The notes below the pieces were generated by a model. The model had not been told where the DNA came from and did not search any database. It worked only from the letters and a program-made list of their open reading frames with translations. A program made the translations under genes and the position numbers. Source: Acidobacteriota bacterium (lineage in GTDB: Bacteria > Patescibacteriota > Saccharimonadia > Saccharimonadales > Saccharimonadaceae). Taken from it: a stretch of DNA of 62,069 nt. The DNA is taken from positions 1 through 62,069 of the forward strand of contig JBLMYW010000027.1 of NCBI GenBank assembly GCA_050258515.1, written 5' to 3'. This document shows, piece by piece, positions 49,958-61,940 of the stretch. Numbering within the stretch: position 1 is the stretch's first letter; every line of letters starts with the position of its first letter.

Positions 49958-50145
49958 GACTAAGGCCATCTACAAAGCAAGCAGGTGAACACCTGGTTTT
50001 CTCAACATTAAACAGGGGAAGTAATGCCTTTTTGTTGTATATGACACTACAATACTCAACAGGGTTATTCCGTCCTCAAAGCAAGACGGTAACAAACTCT
50101 CCTATCCCCTAAACGAGACAAGAGTTGGGTATAATAAACCCTAAC

Positions 50146-50751
50146 ATGACCGACACTCTCCATAAGAAATATATCGATAGCCTTCGTGGTAATCAGGATG
50201 TTTTCTTGATCGACACAATGCGAAGCCCAGAGTTTCAAGCTATCAAAAAGAAGCACCTAGCGAACGTCTTTACGGGTATTTATGGGCTGTTGCGCAAGGT
50301 TGATGAGAATGATGAGTCAGGGCAAAAGGTATTGGCTTGTGCAGATGAAGTCAGCGACGTGTTTAAGATAAGTAAGGCTAACGCCGTCAGGCTATTGCTT
50401 ACCCCTTCCGCTCCTGCTGTATACGGCATGCAGTACACACCGCTAGTACAACAAGATGGTAGCGACATACTGATACGTATCGGGCAGAAGACAACACGAG
50501 AAGAAGTTATGAAAGTATGGAAGTACGTAAAAGACTTACAGAAGATGATGGGTGGATCGGGTAGTAAAACATCAATCAATCCAGAACTGGCTTTTTGCGT
50601 CCATCGACAATATGTCCTCAAGGGCAGAAAAATGAAAGACATTTTTGATGATTATAGACAGCAGAAGCTAGAGGGCTATGATCACAGTCCGACAATCGAA
50701 GACGAAGACGAATTCAGGAAACGATACAATAAAATTGTAAAGGGGCTATAA
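50146..50751 (+). CDS. Hypothetical protein (island)
   Basis: TATAAT 10 nt before ATG 50146; possible C-terminal DNA-binding region. Confidence 0.6.
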   Translation: MTDTLHKKYIDSLRGNQDVFLIDTMRSPEFQAIKKKHLANVFTGIYGLLRKVDENDESGQKVLACADEVSDVFKISKANAVRLLLTPSAPAVYGMQYTPLVQQDGSDILIRIGQKTTREEVMKVWKYVKDLQKMMGGSGSKTSINPELAFCVHRQYVLKGRKMKDIFDDYRQQKLEGYDHSPTIEDEDEFRKRYNKIVKGL

Positions 50752-50993
50752 ATCGACTAGATATCCACCCCCTGCCTTCATTGGTAGTTCTAACTACTAT
50801 CAATACATGGATAATACGTCGCTCACGAATAGCAGCAGCCCTATGAAACCAGGTGCTTCTTTCGTCAGTGTTCAGAAAGCTCGAAGAATATTAGGATCGC
50901 TCGCAAATCCTATGACAGATGACCAAGTCAAAGATCTTATTTATTCTTTACATCTGTTAGCAAAAGAACAATTAGTATATAATGGTTCCAAAT

Positions 50994-52626
<1,633 letters not shown>

Positions 52627-52752
52627 ATACTAGTTATGATTCCGGTCTTGTTGTGTATTGTCATAACCAAGGTTATGAGCTAATGTTGTCTACCCGGGAG
52701 CTGACCGGACTATTCCGCCCCGCGATACATATACTAGCTTACCAGATAACAG

Positions 52753-53208
52753 TTAGCCTTGCAACCCTTTAGCACTTTGGCCGGTAAGGAACAGGAGCCA
52801 CTGTTCAATATTCGTACCTTTAGCCACCTGCTGAGTGCGCGTTACCGCACGCTTTTCATCCGCGGCATCCTGGTCGCGCACCGCCTGACTATTGGGTGGT
52901 AACACTAGGACTTTTTCACCCGGCGCTACCAGGCCGAGGCTTTGACGCGCAGCAAGATCCTTGTATTCGTCACTTTTATAATAGTTTTGCTGGTAGCGTA
53001 GTGTCGCCACTTGCAGCTCCGTCAGCTGGAGTTCGCGGGTTTGTTCGTCGACTGCCTTTTGCGCGGCAAAGTTAGTTTGCATTTGTGTGACAGTACCCCA
53101 TGCCCAACTGGCGGCAATAGCAAGCGCCACCACCATGACGATGTTGTTAAGGGTGCCATAGGTACGCCACAAATGACGCACGCGTTTTTGGATATCCATA
53201 AGCGGCAT
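52753..53208 (-). CDS. Septum formation initiator (FtsB/DivIC-like)
   Basis: TM helix, coiled coil, then YKDLAARQSLGLVAPGEKV. Confidence 0.8.
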   Translation of the reverse strand: MPLMDIQKRVRHLWRTYGTLNNIVMVVALAIAASWAWGTVTQMQTNFAAQKAVDEQTRELQLTELQVATLRYQQNYYKSDEYKDLAARQSLGLVAPGEKVLVLPPNSQAVRDQDAADEKRAVTRTQQVAKGTNIEQWLLFLTGQSAKGLQG

Positions 53209-53274
53209 ATAGTACTAGTATACAAGATGTAGCCCTAAAGGGTAACATGCGCTATAATTATACAAGTAACCTCT

Positions 53275-53350
53275 GGGGGCGTAGCTCAGCGGTTAGAGCA
53301 GCGGGCTCATAACCTGTTGGTCGCTGGTTCAATCCCAGCCGCCCCCACCA
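53275..53350 (+). tRNA. tRNA with CAT anticodon, probably tRNA-Ile2 (lysidine)
   Basis: GGGGGCG/CGCCCCC acceptor, CTCATAA loop, TGGTCGCTGGTTCAA as in Ile2-type tRNAs, CCA; followed by a terminator hairpin. Confidence 0.88.
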
Positions 53351-53537
53351 AAAAAGCATCTTATGAAAATGAGGTGCTTTTTGTATCCAATAACTACTGA
53401 GCTGCGTGCTGTGGATAAATTTCATAATTTACCATAAAAAGTATTGTATATTCAATTATTTAATGTAAATATGTATATATTAATACTAATTATGCATAAA
53501 TTTATACTAAATATGTGCATAAGAAAGCGGAGGGAGT

Positions 53538-54815
53538 ATGGATACTGGTGACACAGCATACGTACTAGTGTCGGCCGCCCTGGTCATGCTGATGATTCCT
53601 GGGTTGGCATTTTTTTATTCTGGCATGGTAAGGGCCAAAAATGTGCTTGCAACGGCATTGCAATGCTTTTTTGCGCTCGCAATTGTGTCGGTATTGTGGG
53701 TTGCTCTAGGCTTTAGCTTGGCCTTTGGCACCGATATTAACGGCTTAATTGGCGGATTAGACTTTGCGTGGTTTAATAATGTCGGACAAGCACCAAACGC
53801 TGAGTTTGCGGCCACAATTCCGTTCCTAGCATTTGCTGTGTTTCAACTGTTCTTTGCGGCAATTACTCCAGCACTGATAACGGGCGCCTTTGCCGAGCGC
53901 ATGAAATTCTGGTCATTCGCTCTCTTTAGCGCACTGTGGCTGCTCATTGTGTACGCTCCGCTCGCACACTGGGTGTGGGCACCTGGTGGCTGGATCCGCG
54001 AAATGGGCGCGCTCGACTTTGCCGGCGGTACGGTCGTGCATATTAGCGCCGGCATTGCAGCATTGGCCGCGGCAATGGTAATCGGCAAGCGCAAAGGCGT
54101 CAAACTGCCAACAATTACTCCACACAACCTGCCCTTTACCATGCTTGGCGCCGGACTACTATGGTTTGGCTGGTACGGCTTTAACGCCGGTAGTGCGCTT
54201 GGCGCAAACGGGCTGGCCGCTAACGCAGTGGTTACCACAACTGTTGCAACTGGTGGCGCGATGCTTGGCTGGGCAGCTGTTGACTACCTGCGTCATCGCC
54301 GGGTCACTACACTTGGGGCAGTCAGCGGTGTTGTAGCTGGGCTGGTCGCGATCACCCCAGCAGCTGGCTTCGTGAGCCCGTCATCCGCCATCATCATTGG
54401 TGTTGTGGCCGGTATTGCCTGCGCATACGCAGTAGGACTTAAAGCAAAGTTTGGCTACGATGACGCGCTCGATGTTGTCGGCGTCCATGCTGTTGGTGGT
54501 ATCATCGGCGCGTTACTGATAGGCGTATTTGCCGATACCGCAATTAACGAAGCTGGCGCCAACGGACTGCTATTTGGCGGCGGGCTCACCTTGCTAGGCC
54601 ACCAGATCGTCGGCGTAGTAGCCGCCGCAGGATTTGCCTTCGTAGCAAGCTGGGTGTTACTAAAACTAATCGATAAAACTATCGGACTTCGTGTCAGCGC
54701 AGACGACGAAGCACTCGGCCTGGATAAAGGCCTGCACGCCGAAGACGGCTATGTATTTACTGAGCCAGAATACGTTGTGGTAGCGCCCGCCAAGCCCAAA
54801 ATGAAGAAACGATAG
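53538..54815 (+). CDS. amtB: Ammonium transporter
   Basis: PGLAFFYSG, LDFAGGTVVH, LWFGWYGFNAGS and DDALDVVGVH motifs. Confidence 0.96.
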   Translation: MDTGDTAYVLVSAALVMLMIPGLAFFYSGMVRAKNVLATALQCFFALAIVSVLWVALGFSLAFGTDINGLIGGLDFAWFNNVGQAPNAEFAATIPFLAFAVFQLFFAAITPALITGAFAERMKFWSFALFSALWLLIVYAPLAHWVWAPGGWIREMGALDFAGGTVVHISAGIAALAAAMVIGKRKGVKLPTITPHNLPFTMLGAGLLWFGWYGFNAGSALGANGLAANAVVTTTVATGGAMLGWAAVDYLRHRRVTTLGAVSGVVAGLVAITPAAGFVSPSSAIIIGVVAGIACAYAVGLKAKFGYDDALDVVGVHAVGGIIGALLIGVFADTAINEAGANGLLFGGGLTLLGHQIVGVVAAAGFAFVASWVLLKLIDKTIGLRVSADDEALGLDKGLHAEDGYVFTEPEYVVVAPAKPKMKKR

Positions 54816-54839
54816 CACTATAACAACAGGAGATACTCA

Positions 54840-56267
54840 ATGGCAGAAACAGCATTAAAAAACTTCCTCGAACTTACATATGAAGATCTCGAAGCAATGA
54901 ACCTTACAGCGCGAGACATCAAAGATCCAGCTCGTGCAAAAGCGGTTCACGTAAAATACCTCAGCGATGAATCGCGCATTAAAGCGGTGACGGTATGCTT
55001 TTCAGATATCGAAGGCCGGCTGCACATGCTCGACTACAGCAAGCCGTTTTTCCTTGACTCGCTCGATAATCTCACCTTCGACGGCTCTTCAATTCGTGGC
55101 TTTTCTGAGCTGCATGAGTCAGATTTACGCCTCGCAGTTGATTGGACAAGTATCACCTTTTTACCTTCAGATATTTTTGGAGCAGGCAAAGTGTTGGTAT
55201 TTGCCAATATCTGCGGCCGCGACCTCACACCGCATGAGTCGGATTTTCGCGGGCGGCTACAAGCCTACGCCGAAGCGATTAAAAAGAAGAGAGGACTGGA
55301 AGCCTTTATGGCTCCAGAAATTGAAGGCTTCCTGATGCAAGGCGTTGACGCCGAACAAACCTTTGATAGCAAAATCGGCTTTAGCCTCGCAAGCACGGGT
55401 GGGTACTACCATTCACTGCCACTCGACGGCTTGCGACAATTTATTGATCGCACCGCCGAGGCAATTCGCGCAATGGGCTTCAAAAACGAAAAAGACCACG
55501 CCGAAGTCGCACCCTCGCAGTTTGAAATTAACTTTAGCTACACAAGCGTTGTCCGCGCCTGCGATCAGATACTGCTGTATAAGCTCGTCTGTCGCCAAGT
55601 TGCCGAGCAAATGGGTATGACGGCGACCTTTTTGCCAAAGCCCAAGCAAGACATCAACGGCAACGGCATGCACACGAATATCTCCCTATCGAAAAACGGC
55701 AAGAACATTTTCTACGATCAAAAGGGCCTAGAGGGCCTCTCTAAAGCAGGTTGGGAATTTGTAAATAAAGTCCTTAATCGTGCCCCAGACTTGTGCCTGC
55801 TGATTAACAGCAGTGTCAATGCCTACCGTCGGCTCGACCCAAACTTTGAAGCACCCAACCAGATTAAGGTATCAGGCAGCGACCGCGGGTCGATGATCCG
55901 TATTCCACTGGCCAACGAGCGGACAGCACGCATTGAAGTGCGGTCGGTGGCGCCCGATGCCAACCCCTATCTTGCATTGTACGGTATTGTTACAACCGGT
56001 ATCGACGACAGCTTGCCGGCCGACGATAAAAGCGACAAGCGAGCGCGCGTTCGATTCCTGCCGGGGACAATCGGCGATGCAATCCGTATCTTCAAGGCAA
56101 GCGACTACATGACAACGCTGCTCGGCGAAAGCGCCAAGGGTAAATATGTCGACTGGAAGGTTGAGGTTGCTAATCGCGCCCCGCGCGAGCTAGGTACTGC
56201 CGTCAAGGGCTCTGAGGTACTGTATCACCACGAAGTGACGAATCAGTACCTATGGAATAAATTTTAG
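54840..56267 (+). CDS. glnA: Glutamine synthetase (type I)
   Basis: FDGSSIRGF, HAEVAPSQFE, ATFLPKP..NGNGMH, NAYRRL.P.FEAP and RIEVR..PDANPY motifs. Confidence 0.95.
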   Translation: MAETALKNFLELTYEDLEAMNLTARDIKDPARAKAVHVKYLSDESRIKAVTVCFSDIEGRLHMLDYSKPFFLDSLDNLTFDGSSIRGFSELHESDLRLAVDWTSITFLPSDIFGAGKVLVFANICGRDLTPHESDFRGRLQAYAEAIKKKRGLEAFMAPEIEGFLMQGVDAEQTFDSKIGFSLASTGGYYHSLPLDGLRQFIDRTAEAIRAMGFKNEKDHAEVAPSQFEINFSYTSVVRACDQILLYKLVCRQVAEQMGMTATFLPKPKQDINGNGMHTNISLSKNGKNIFYDQKGLEGLSKAGWEFVNKVLNRAPDLCLLINSSVNAYRRLDPNFEAPNQIKVSGSDRGSMIRIPLANERTARIEVRSVAPDANPYLALYGIVTTGIDDSLPADDKSDKRARVRFLPGTIGDAIRIFKASDYMTTLLGESAKGKYVDWKVEVANRAPRELGTAVKGSEVLYHHEVTNQYLWNKF

Positions 56268-56285
56268 TCGTCACCCCGTGCGAAC

Positions 56286-56684
56286 TTACCGCTGCTGTGT
56301 CGGTAGTATGCCCATCACAGCAGTATAGGCCGTAGCAAGCGGCATGGTGTCGTTGAGTTTTTCTATCCGTGCCCACTCATCTGCGGTAGGCTCGACTGGC
56401 CATGCCGTTATTTGTGGCATATCGATATGCTTTAGGCCCGCGCTTGCCTCTTGAGGAGTTAGCATAGGCTGTTCATCTGGCAACATACTATGCCGTGGCA
56501 GCTGTGCCTGCACCGCTGCATGACCCATCGACACCTTGTCACGCCAACCGTGCTCACGCGCCTCTTTGTTGGCGGCATTGTGGCGAAAGCGAATCACATC
56601 GGCAGCTTGCTGCGGACTAAGCTCGCTGCTGGGTGGCATATTCATAATTCCATTATACCACAAGCATGATAAAAAGTCAATCAT
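56286..56684 (-). CDS. Hypothetical protein
   Basis: Open frame; the real start is probably an internal ATG near 56645 after TATAAT. Confidence 0.5.
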   Translation of the reverse strand: MIDFLSCLWYNGIMNMPPSSELSPQQAADVIRFRHNAANKEAREHGWRDKVSMGHAAVQAQLPRHSMLPDEQPMLTPQEASAGLKHIDMPQITAWPVEPTADEWARIEKLNDTMPLATAYTAVMGILPTQQR

Positions 56685-56886
56685 GCATCAAAAAAGCCCC
56701 TACAGGGCGAAACCTCCGGACATGGAGATAACGGGGGACCCTGCTGGGGCTAATTTGGCACCTGTTTGTTTTACAATTACTAGCATACTATACGTTTGAC
56801 AATTAGCGCAAGCATTTTATCAATAAGTTTTCCACACCCAAAACCCCAGCTGAACGCTGGGGTATAGCTGGGTGGAAGTAAGGAAA

Positions 56887-57093
56887 TTACTTCTTTTTAG
56901 ATACGGTTAGGAAACCGTTGCGTGGGTTTTCTTTTACTACGCGATCTTCTGGAAGATCTACTGGGGTACCCTTAGCGTTCTTTTCTACCTTAGCGAAGAA
57001 GTAAATCGTCTGTGGCTTGCCGCCGCGAAGAGTAACTTCAGTCTTATGTAGGTAGTAGGTTACACCCTTTGAGTTTGTGTGCTTGTAAGCCAT
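56887..57093 (-). CDS. Small basic conserved-type hypothetical protein
   Basis: GGAGG RBS; YKHTNSKGVTYYLH...QTIYFF...ENPRNG; terminator-like hairpin downstream. Confidence 0.85.
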   Translation of the reverse strand: MAYKHTNSKGVTYYLHKTEVTLRGGKPQTIYFFAKVEKNAKGTPVDLPEDRVVKENPRNGFLTVSKKK

Positions 57094-57193
57094 GTGTGGT
57101 TATCCCTCCTATTAGCGTCTTACAGAGTAATCTTAGCCTAGGCTACCGCTCCGTGTCAACACTTTTCACCCCTATTCGCATAAAACAGTAGTG

Positions 57194-57826
57194 CTATACT
57201 TGGCGGTAGTGGTATCTCAGTAGTAGCCGTAACACTAGTGCAATAACTATCCTTACCACAATTATTACCGTTAGTAAAATAGATACGAATACCGACCAGC
57301 CGGCAAAGTCTGGCGACCAAAGCGGACTCGTAAAACTATAGCGATACAAGGCCGGATTAGGCATTTTGATGGTACCAGGGTCGACCACGAGCCCTTCACG
57401 GCTGAGCTCGCGCAGCATACAGTCTTGATAGGCTTTGCTATAACCGCGGCTGTGCAAATTTGGGTTGCATATCGCATCGGCGCGCGCCTGCGGCGTATCG
57501 TAGCCATCTAAGTCGCCGCTGGCTAGCGTCACCGCCGCCTTTACATCACGGTTATACTGTTCTTGCAGGTACACAGCGCCAGGGTCGGCGTTCATATGAG
57601 CACTAACGTAGCGCTGCAAGTCGTATACTCGCAGAGCAATCTCTTCGCTATTGCCTGTTTTATCCGCCCCGGCTATAGCATCACGCCGCTGTATCATACC
57701 AGTGTTATTAAGCCGCAAAAAGGTGGCAGAAATAAATAGCGACAAAATGAGCAAAATAAATAATTGCCATGTTTTTATGGACTGGACATGCTTTAGGCTC
57801 TGACGAATCGTACGCTTATCTGACAC
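57194..57826 (-). CDS. Membrane protein
   Basis: N- and C-terminal TM segments; LRLNNTGM and YSFTSPLWSPDFAGWS. Confidence 0.75.
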   Translation of the reverse strand: MSDKRTIRQSLKHVQSIKTWQLFILLILSLFISATFLRLNNTGMIQRRDAIAGADKTGNSEEIALRVYDLQRYVSAHMNADPGAVYLQEQYNRDVKAAVTLASGDLDGYDTPQARADAICNPNLHSRGYSKAYQDCMLRELSREGLVVDPGTIKMPNPALYRYSFTSPLWSPDFAGWSVFVSILLTVIIVVRIVIALVLRLLLRYHYRQV

Positions 57827-57869
57827 GAAAAACTTCCCACCTAGTTGGTACTTTATAGTGTAGCAGAAA

Positions 57870-59087
57870 TTACCTGGCAGCGCGACGGCAAACCAACATG
57901 ATCAACTCGTAGCCGGCCGTAAACACGAATAAGGCTGCCATGCCATTTTTATCGCCGAGCAGCTGCAGCCCTATATATAGCAGCCCGCAGGCGAGTGCCG
58001 CCCCAAATGCCAGCATGATTTCGGCAAACATAAGATACGTGATACGAAAGCCCGAACTATCAGCAACGTCAAATAGCACACGGGTGAATGCAAGCGAATA
58101 CGCACTAGTAGCAGTTTCGTTGGCAACACTCACTCCCATTACGCCCGTAGTGGTGCCGATAAAGGGGCGGAACAGATGCGTGATCGTGTTGCCAACAATA
58201 CCCAGCACCAGCAGTACGTCGCCTTTGTGGCGGTCTACTAGCCGCCCAAATACCCACGCAGCAACCATGGACACCGCTACTCCCAGCGACGCCAGACCAC
58301 CAAGTGCCATGTAGATGTTTTCGTGCAGGCCGGCAAAGATGAACACGGTCATGAATAGCGTCCACACCATGCCGCTCACAACGTAATCCACCCCGACCAC
58401 AGACTGCGAAATAACACTTGGTAGCGCCAAGCGCCACGGAAAGCCACTGATACGTAGCTTAACGCGCGTAGCGGTGGGTTCGACACTCGCAAACAGCGGC
58501 AACGCACTAAAGGCAAATAGTACAGCAGCAAGTATGATGGTGGCCTGTGGTGACCACATGGAGGCGATAATGCCACCAACGATAGGGCTGGCAACACGGG
58601 CAATCTTTTCAATTACCAGCATGGTACCGATTTCGCGGCCGGCACGCTCAGCATGCTTTACCTTGCTGAAATCAGTAGTGTAGGCGATGTCGTAAGCTGC
58701 TGCCGATAATTGCTGGAACAACCCAAACGCCGCAATGGCCCACAAGGCATTGTCCCCTGCAATAGGTACCAGCGCAAAGGCTCCTAGCGAGGGAATGCGC
58801 AGTAGATTTGCCAATAATATACCGTGCTTGGGGCCAAAGTAGGCGATAAATTTGGCTGCCACGACCGCAAATGGAATACGCAGTACGTAGAACACCCCGT
58901 AAAACAGCGCAATGAATGACAGATCGTAGCCTAGCTTGTACAGATATACGGCAGCAAACAGATTGACAATGTTAATAGCAAACATAGTGATAAGCCGCGA
59001 GGTGTATAGCTCGGCAATTTCATCAAACGAAACACTGCGCCAATAATGGCGCCTCCGGAAGACGAAACTGATGAGCTTTCTGAGCAT
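57870..59087 (-). CDS. MFS-type transporter
   Basis: About 12 TM segments, GRLVDR motif. Confidence 0.8.
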   Translation of the reverse strand: MLRKLISFVFRRRHYWRSVSFDEIAELYTSRLITMFAINIVNLFAAVYLYKLGYDLSFIALFYGVFYVLRIPFAVVAAKFIAYFGPKHGILLANLLRIPSLGAFALVPIAGDNALWAIAAFGLFQQLSAAAYDIAYTTDFSKVKHAERAGREIGTMLVIEKIARVASPIVGGIIASMWSPQATIILAAVLFAFSALPLFASVEPTATRVKLRISGFPWRLALPSVISQSVVGVDYVVSGMVWTLFMTVFIFAGLHENIYMALGGLASLGVAVSMVAAWVFGRLVDRHKGDVLLVLGIVGNTITHLFRPFIGTTTGVMGVSVANETATSAYSLAFTRVLFDVADSSGFRITYLMFAEIMLAFGAALACGLLYIGLQLLGDKNGMAALFVFTAGYELIMLVCRRAAR

Positions 59088-59147
59088 TGTCTATTTTTGC
59101 CTTATTACCTTTTTAGTGTAGCATAAGCGTCGTGATAAAATAAGGGC

Positions 59148-60404
59148 ATGAACATCTACTTTTCCGGTATTGGGGGCGTAGCGCTTGGCCCACTAGCTGA
59201 GATCGCCAGAGACGCTGGCCATACGGTAATTGGCAGCGATACTTCGGCAAGCCTTGTGACTGCGCAGTTAGCGGCAAGCGGTGTAACCATAGGCACCGAC
59301 CAATCTGGCAAATTCCTCTCTGACTGCCACGAGCAAACGCCGATTGATTGGGTGGTGTATACCTCTGCCCTATCGCAGGAGCACCCAGAGCTAGAGTGGG
59401 CGAAGCAGCTGGGGATTGCGCGCATTACCAAGCGCAATGAACTGATCGACCATCTGCTGCAAGAAAACAACCTGAAAATGATAGCGATTGCCGGTACGCA
59501 TGGCAAAACCACTACCACCGCCATGATGGTGTGGGCCTTCCAGCAGCTTGGTATCCCCGTCAGCTACTCAGTAGGCACCACGCTCAGCTTTGGCCCCAGC
59601 GGCAAGTACACGCCCGGTAGTGAATATTTTATTTACGAATGCGACGAATTTGACCGTAATTTCCTGCACTTCTCGCCGCACCTATCACTTGTTACTAGTA
59701 TCGATTACGACCACCCTGATAGCTACCCCACCCAGGCTGATTACACCGGAGCGTTCACGCAATTTATGGCACAATCCGGCCAAGTGATTATGTGGGCACG
59801 CGACACTACCATTAATGTAATGGTACCAGGGAGTGCCTGGCTACTGAATGATGGTGAGGTGGTAGATATTCCGCTGGCTGGTGCGCACAATCGGGCCAAT
59901 GCAACACTGGTAGCAAAAGGCTTTGAGTACTTAGAGATTAGCGACGAAGCAAGTGCGGCCGCAGCCCTGAGCACGTTCCCTGGCTCTGATCGTCGGTTTG
60001 AAAAGCTTGCTGATAATTTATATAGCGATTACGGCCACCACCCTGTCGAGGTTGCCGCTACCCTGCAGCTGGCACGCGAGCTATCCGACCACATCGTGCT
60101 AGTGTACCAGCCGCACCAGAATACCCGCCAGCACCAAGTACGTAGCGGCTACACCAGCTGTATGGAGCTGGCCGAGCAAATTTACTGGCTGCCTACCTAC
60201 CTAGCACGCGAGGATGCGAGCCTTGCGACACTAACACCCCAAGAGCTTACTGAGAACTTGAAAAATCGCGATAGCGTGGTGTATGCCGACCTGAATGATG
60301 AACTATGGCAGCATATCAATGAAGCCCGCAGCGCTGGCAAACTCGTGCTTTGTATGGGTGCCGGCACTATTGATGGTTGGCTGCGGGATAAGCTAGCGAG
60401 TTAG
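59148..60404 (+). CDS. murC: UDP-N-acetylmuramate--L-alanine ligase (MurC-like Mur ligase)
   Basis: FSGIGGV, AGTHGKTTTT, ECDEFD, DYDHPD, DYGHHPVE, YQPH and MGAG motifs. Confidence 0.88.
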   Translation: MNIYFSGIGGVALGPLAEIARDAGHTVIGSDTSASLVTAQLAASGVTIGTDQSGKFLSDCHEQTPIDWVVYTSALSQEHPELEWAKQLGIARITKRNELIDHLLQENNLKMIAIAGTHGKTTTTAMMVWAFQQLGIPVSYSVGTTLSFGPSGKYTPGSEYFIYECDEFDRNFLHFSPHLSLVTSIDYDHPDSYPTQADYTGAFTQFMAQSGQVIMWARDTTINVMVPGSAWLLNDGEVVDIPLAGAHNRANATLVAKGFEYLEISDEASAAAALSTFPGSDRRFEKLADNLYSDYGHHPVEVAATLQLARELSDHIVLVYQPHQNTRQHQVRSGYTSCMELAEQIYWLPTYLAREDASLATLTPQELTENLKNRDSVVYADLNDELWQHINEARSAGKLVLCMGAGTIDGWLRDKLAS

Positions 60405-60536
60405 CAGTCGCTATCACTACGGTGTAGCATACGTCACACTCTGTTATTGTGATTGCATATTATAGAATTTTATGTTATAATGGAATTATACATCAACCGA
60501 TGTACATACGCTCCTTCACAGAATCGGGTGATACAA

Positions 60537-61610
60537 ATGGCAAAAGATGCCGAGCTCGACCGCCTCAAGGCGGTGCAAGACCAGGCATTTCGGCGCAAGC
60601 AGGATGCCTATCCGGCGCAACAACGCGCCTGGGAAAAGCGCTCTAGCGCACGAGACGCGATGAATCGTGCGTTCGAGGCCAAGCAGCGCGCCTACGACGC
60701 ACAGCAATCAGCGTGGCAGGACTACCAGCGAGTCAAATCGTCTAATGGTCCGCGCATTGATTCGCTCAACGCGCAACAAGAGTCAGCGTTTCAGAGCATG
60801 AAACGCGCCTACGACAACGCCTCGTCTGCATACAGCCAACGAGACGGCGCTTCTGCTAGTAGCTACGCGGCCGAGGGTCGTGGCTACAAGGAAGAAGCCC
60901 AGCGGTGCGTGGCCGAACGGCGACGGTTGGTTGAAGAAATTCGATCAGCCCGCAATCGGCTGGAGCCGTACCAGCACGCGTTCCAGAGTGCCAAGGTCGA
61001 GTTTTCTCGCACCAAGGCTACATTCGAGGCCGCAAAGTCCGAACACGAACGCGCGCAGGCCGAATTCAAGCGCCGCAAGGACGAGTTCGACCAAGCCGTC
61101 AAAGCGTTTCGGGCTCGGCTGACGAACGTCAAAGCCGAGAACAGGAAGTGCAGCGACGACAAGCGCTCGATCGCCGAGAAAGCTGGTGTACCGCTTCAGT
61201 ACCGCGACAAGGTGTGGGTATCCACGCAGTCCGATGGCACGACCAACATCTACTTCGGTGGAGTTGGCAAGCCGGACGGCCCAGGGCACGGACACTACGT
61301 CCTCGATCGAAACGGAACCGTCACATACAAGCGTGACCCGTTCGACCCGCATGGTGCGCAGAATTTCGAAGGTCCAGGCAAGGATGGCCACCGTGGTGGC
61401 TTCGGTAAGTCGCAGCACGGCTGGATTGGCGATACTCCTGTCACGTTTGCGCTTGGGTGGGGCACGAAGCAGGGTCACACCATGATTGCTGATGGACATC
61501 TTGACGATGCCCACTTCAGAGATCACCATTACCACGACCACTACGGACCCGGTGATGGACCGCACAACAACGGAACTCTGAGGCGCAAGTACACTGGTCC
61601 TGGAGCGTGA
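60537..61610 (+). CDS. Coiled-coil protein with Gly/His-rich C-terminal domain
   Basis: About 200-aa heptad-rich region followed by IYFGG..PDGPGHGHY and HDHYGPG motifs; more GC-rich than its neighbours. Confidence 0.75.
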   Translation: MAKDAELDRLKAVQDQAFRRKQDAYPAQQRAWEKRSSARDAMNRAFEAKQRAYDAQQSAWQDYQRVKSSNGPRIDSLNAQQESAFQSMKRAYDNASSAYSQRDGASASSYAAEGRGYKEEAQRCVAERRRLVEEIRSARNRLEPYQHAFQSAKVEFSRTKATFEAAKSEHERAQAEFKRRKDEFDQAVKAFRARLTNVKAENRKCSDDKRSIAEKAGVPLQYRDKVWVSTQSDGTTNIYFGGVGKPDGPGHGHYVLDRNGTVTYKRDPFDPHGAQNFEGPGKDGHRGGFGKSQHGWIGDTPVTFALGWGTKQGHTMIADGHLDDAHFRDHHYHDHYGPGDGPHNNGTLRRKYTGPGA

Positions 61611-61676
61611 CAACATAGACCCGAGCCATGTCTTTAAACTGGCTCACTTTCAATATGTACTATAATAAGAATTAAT

Positions 61677-61940
61677 ATGACATTTACCTACGAAGACCAA
61701 CTGCAATACGCAAAGATAGCTCTTGCGTTGTTTGAATCTGAAAAAGTGAACCCCAAAAGTCTTGAAGCAATCCTAGATTTCGGTGAACTGGTTAATAAAT
61801 ATTCTGGAGAGAACAACGCATTAGTTTATGATGCCATTGAGTATATTTATGAGCAATTACGCCTGCTGAAAAACGAAGATGGCGCATATGACGATGTCGA
61901 ACTTCGCAGAGAACTTGAAGAAAAAATCGGGACTATGTAA
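61677..61940 (+). CDS. Small acidic hypothetical protein
   Basis: TATAAT just upstream; 87-aa ORF. Confidence 0.6.
   Translation: MTFTYEDQLQYAKIALALFESEKVNPKSLEAILDFGELVNKYSGENNALVYDAIEYIYEQLRLLKNEDGAYDDVELRRELEEKIGTM

Noticed and set aside
53440-53522. GlnR/TnrA box upstream of amtB
   Set aside because: No convincing TGTNA-N7-TNACA match; the region is simply AT-rich apart from one inverted repeat
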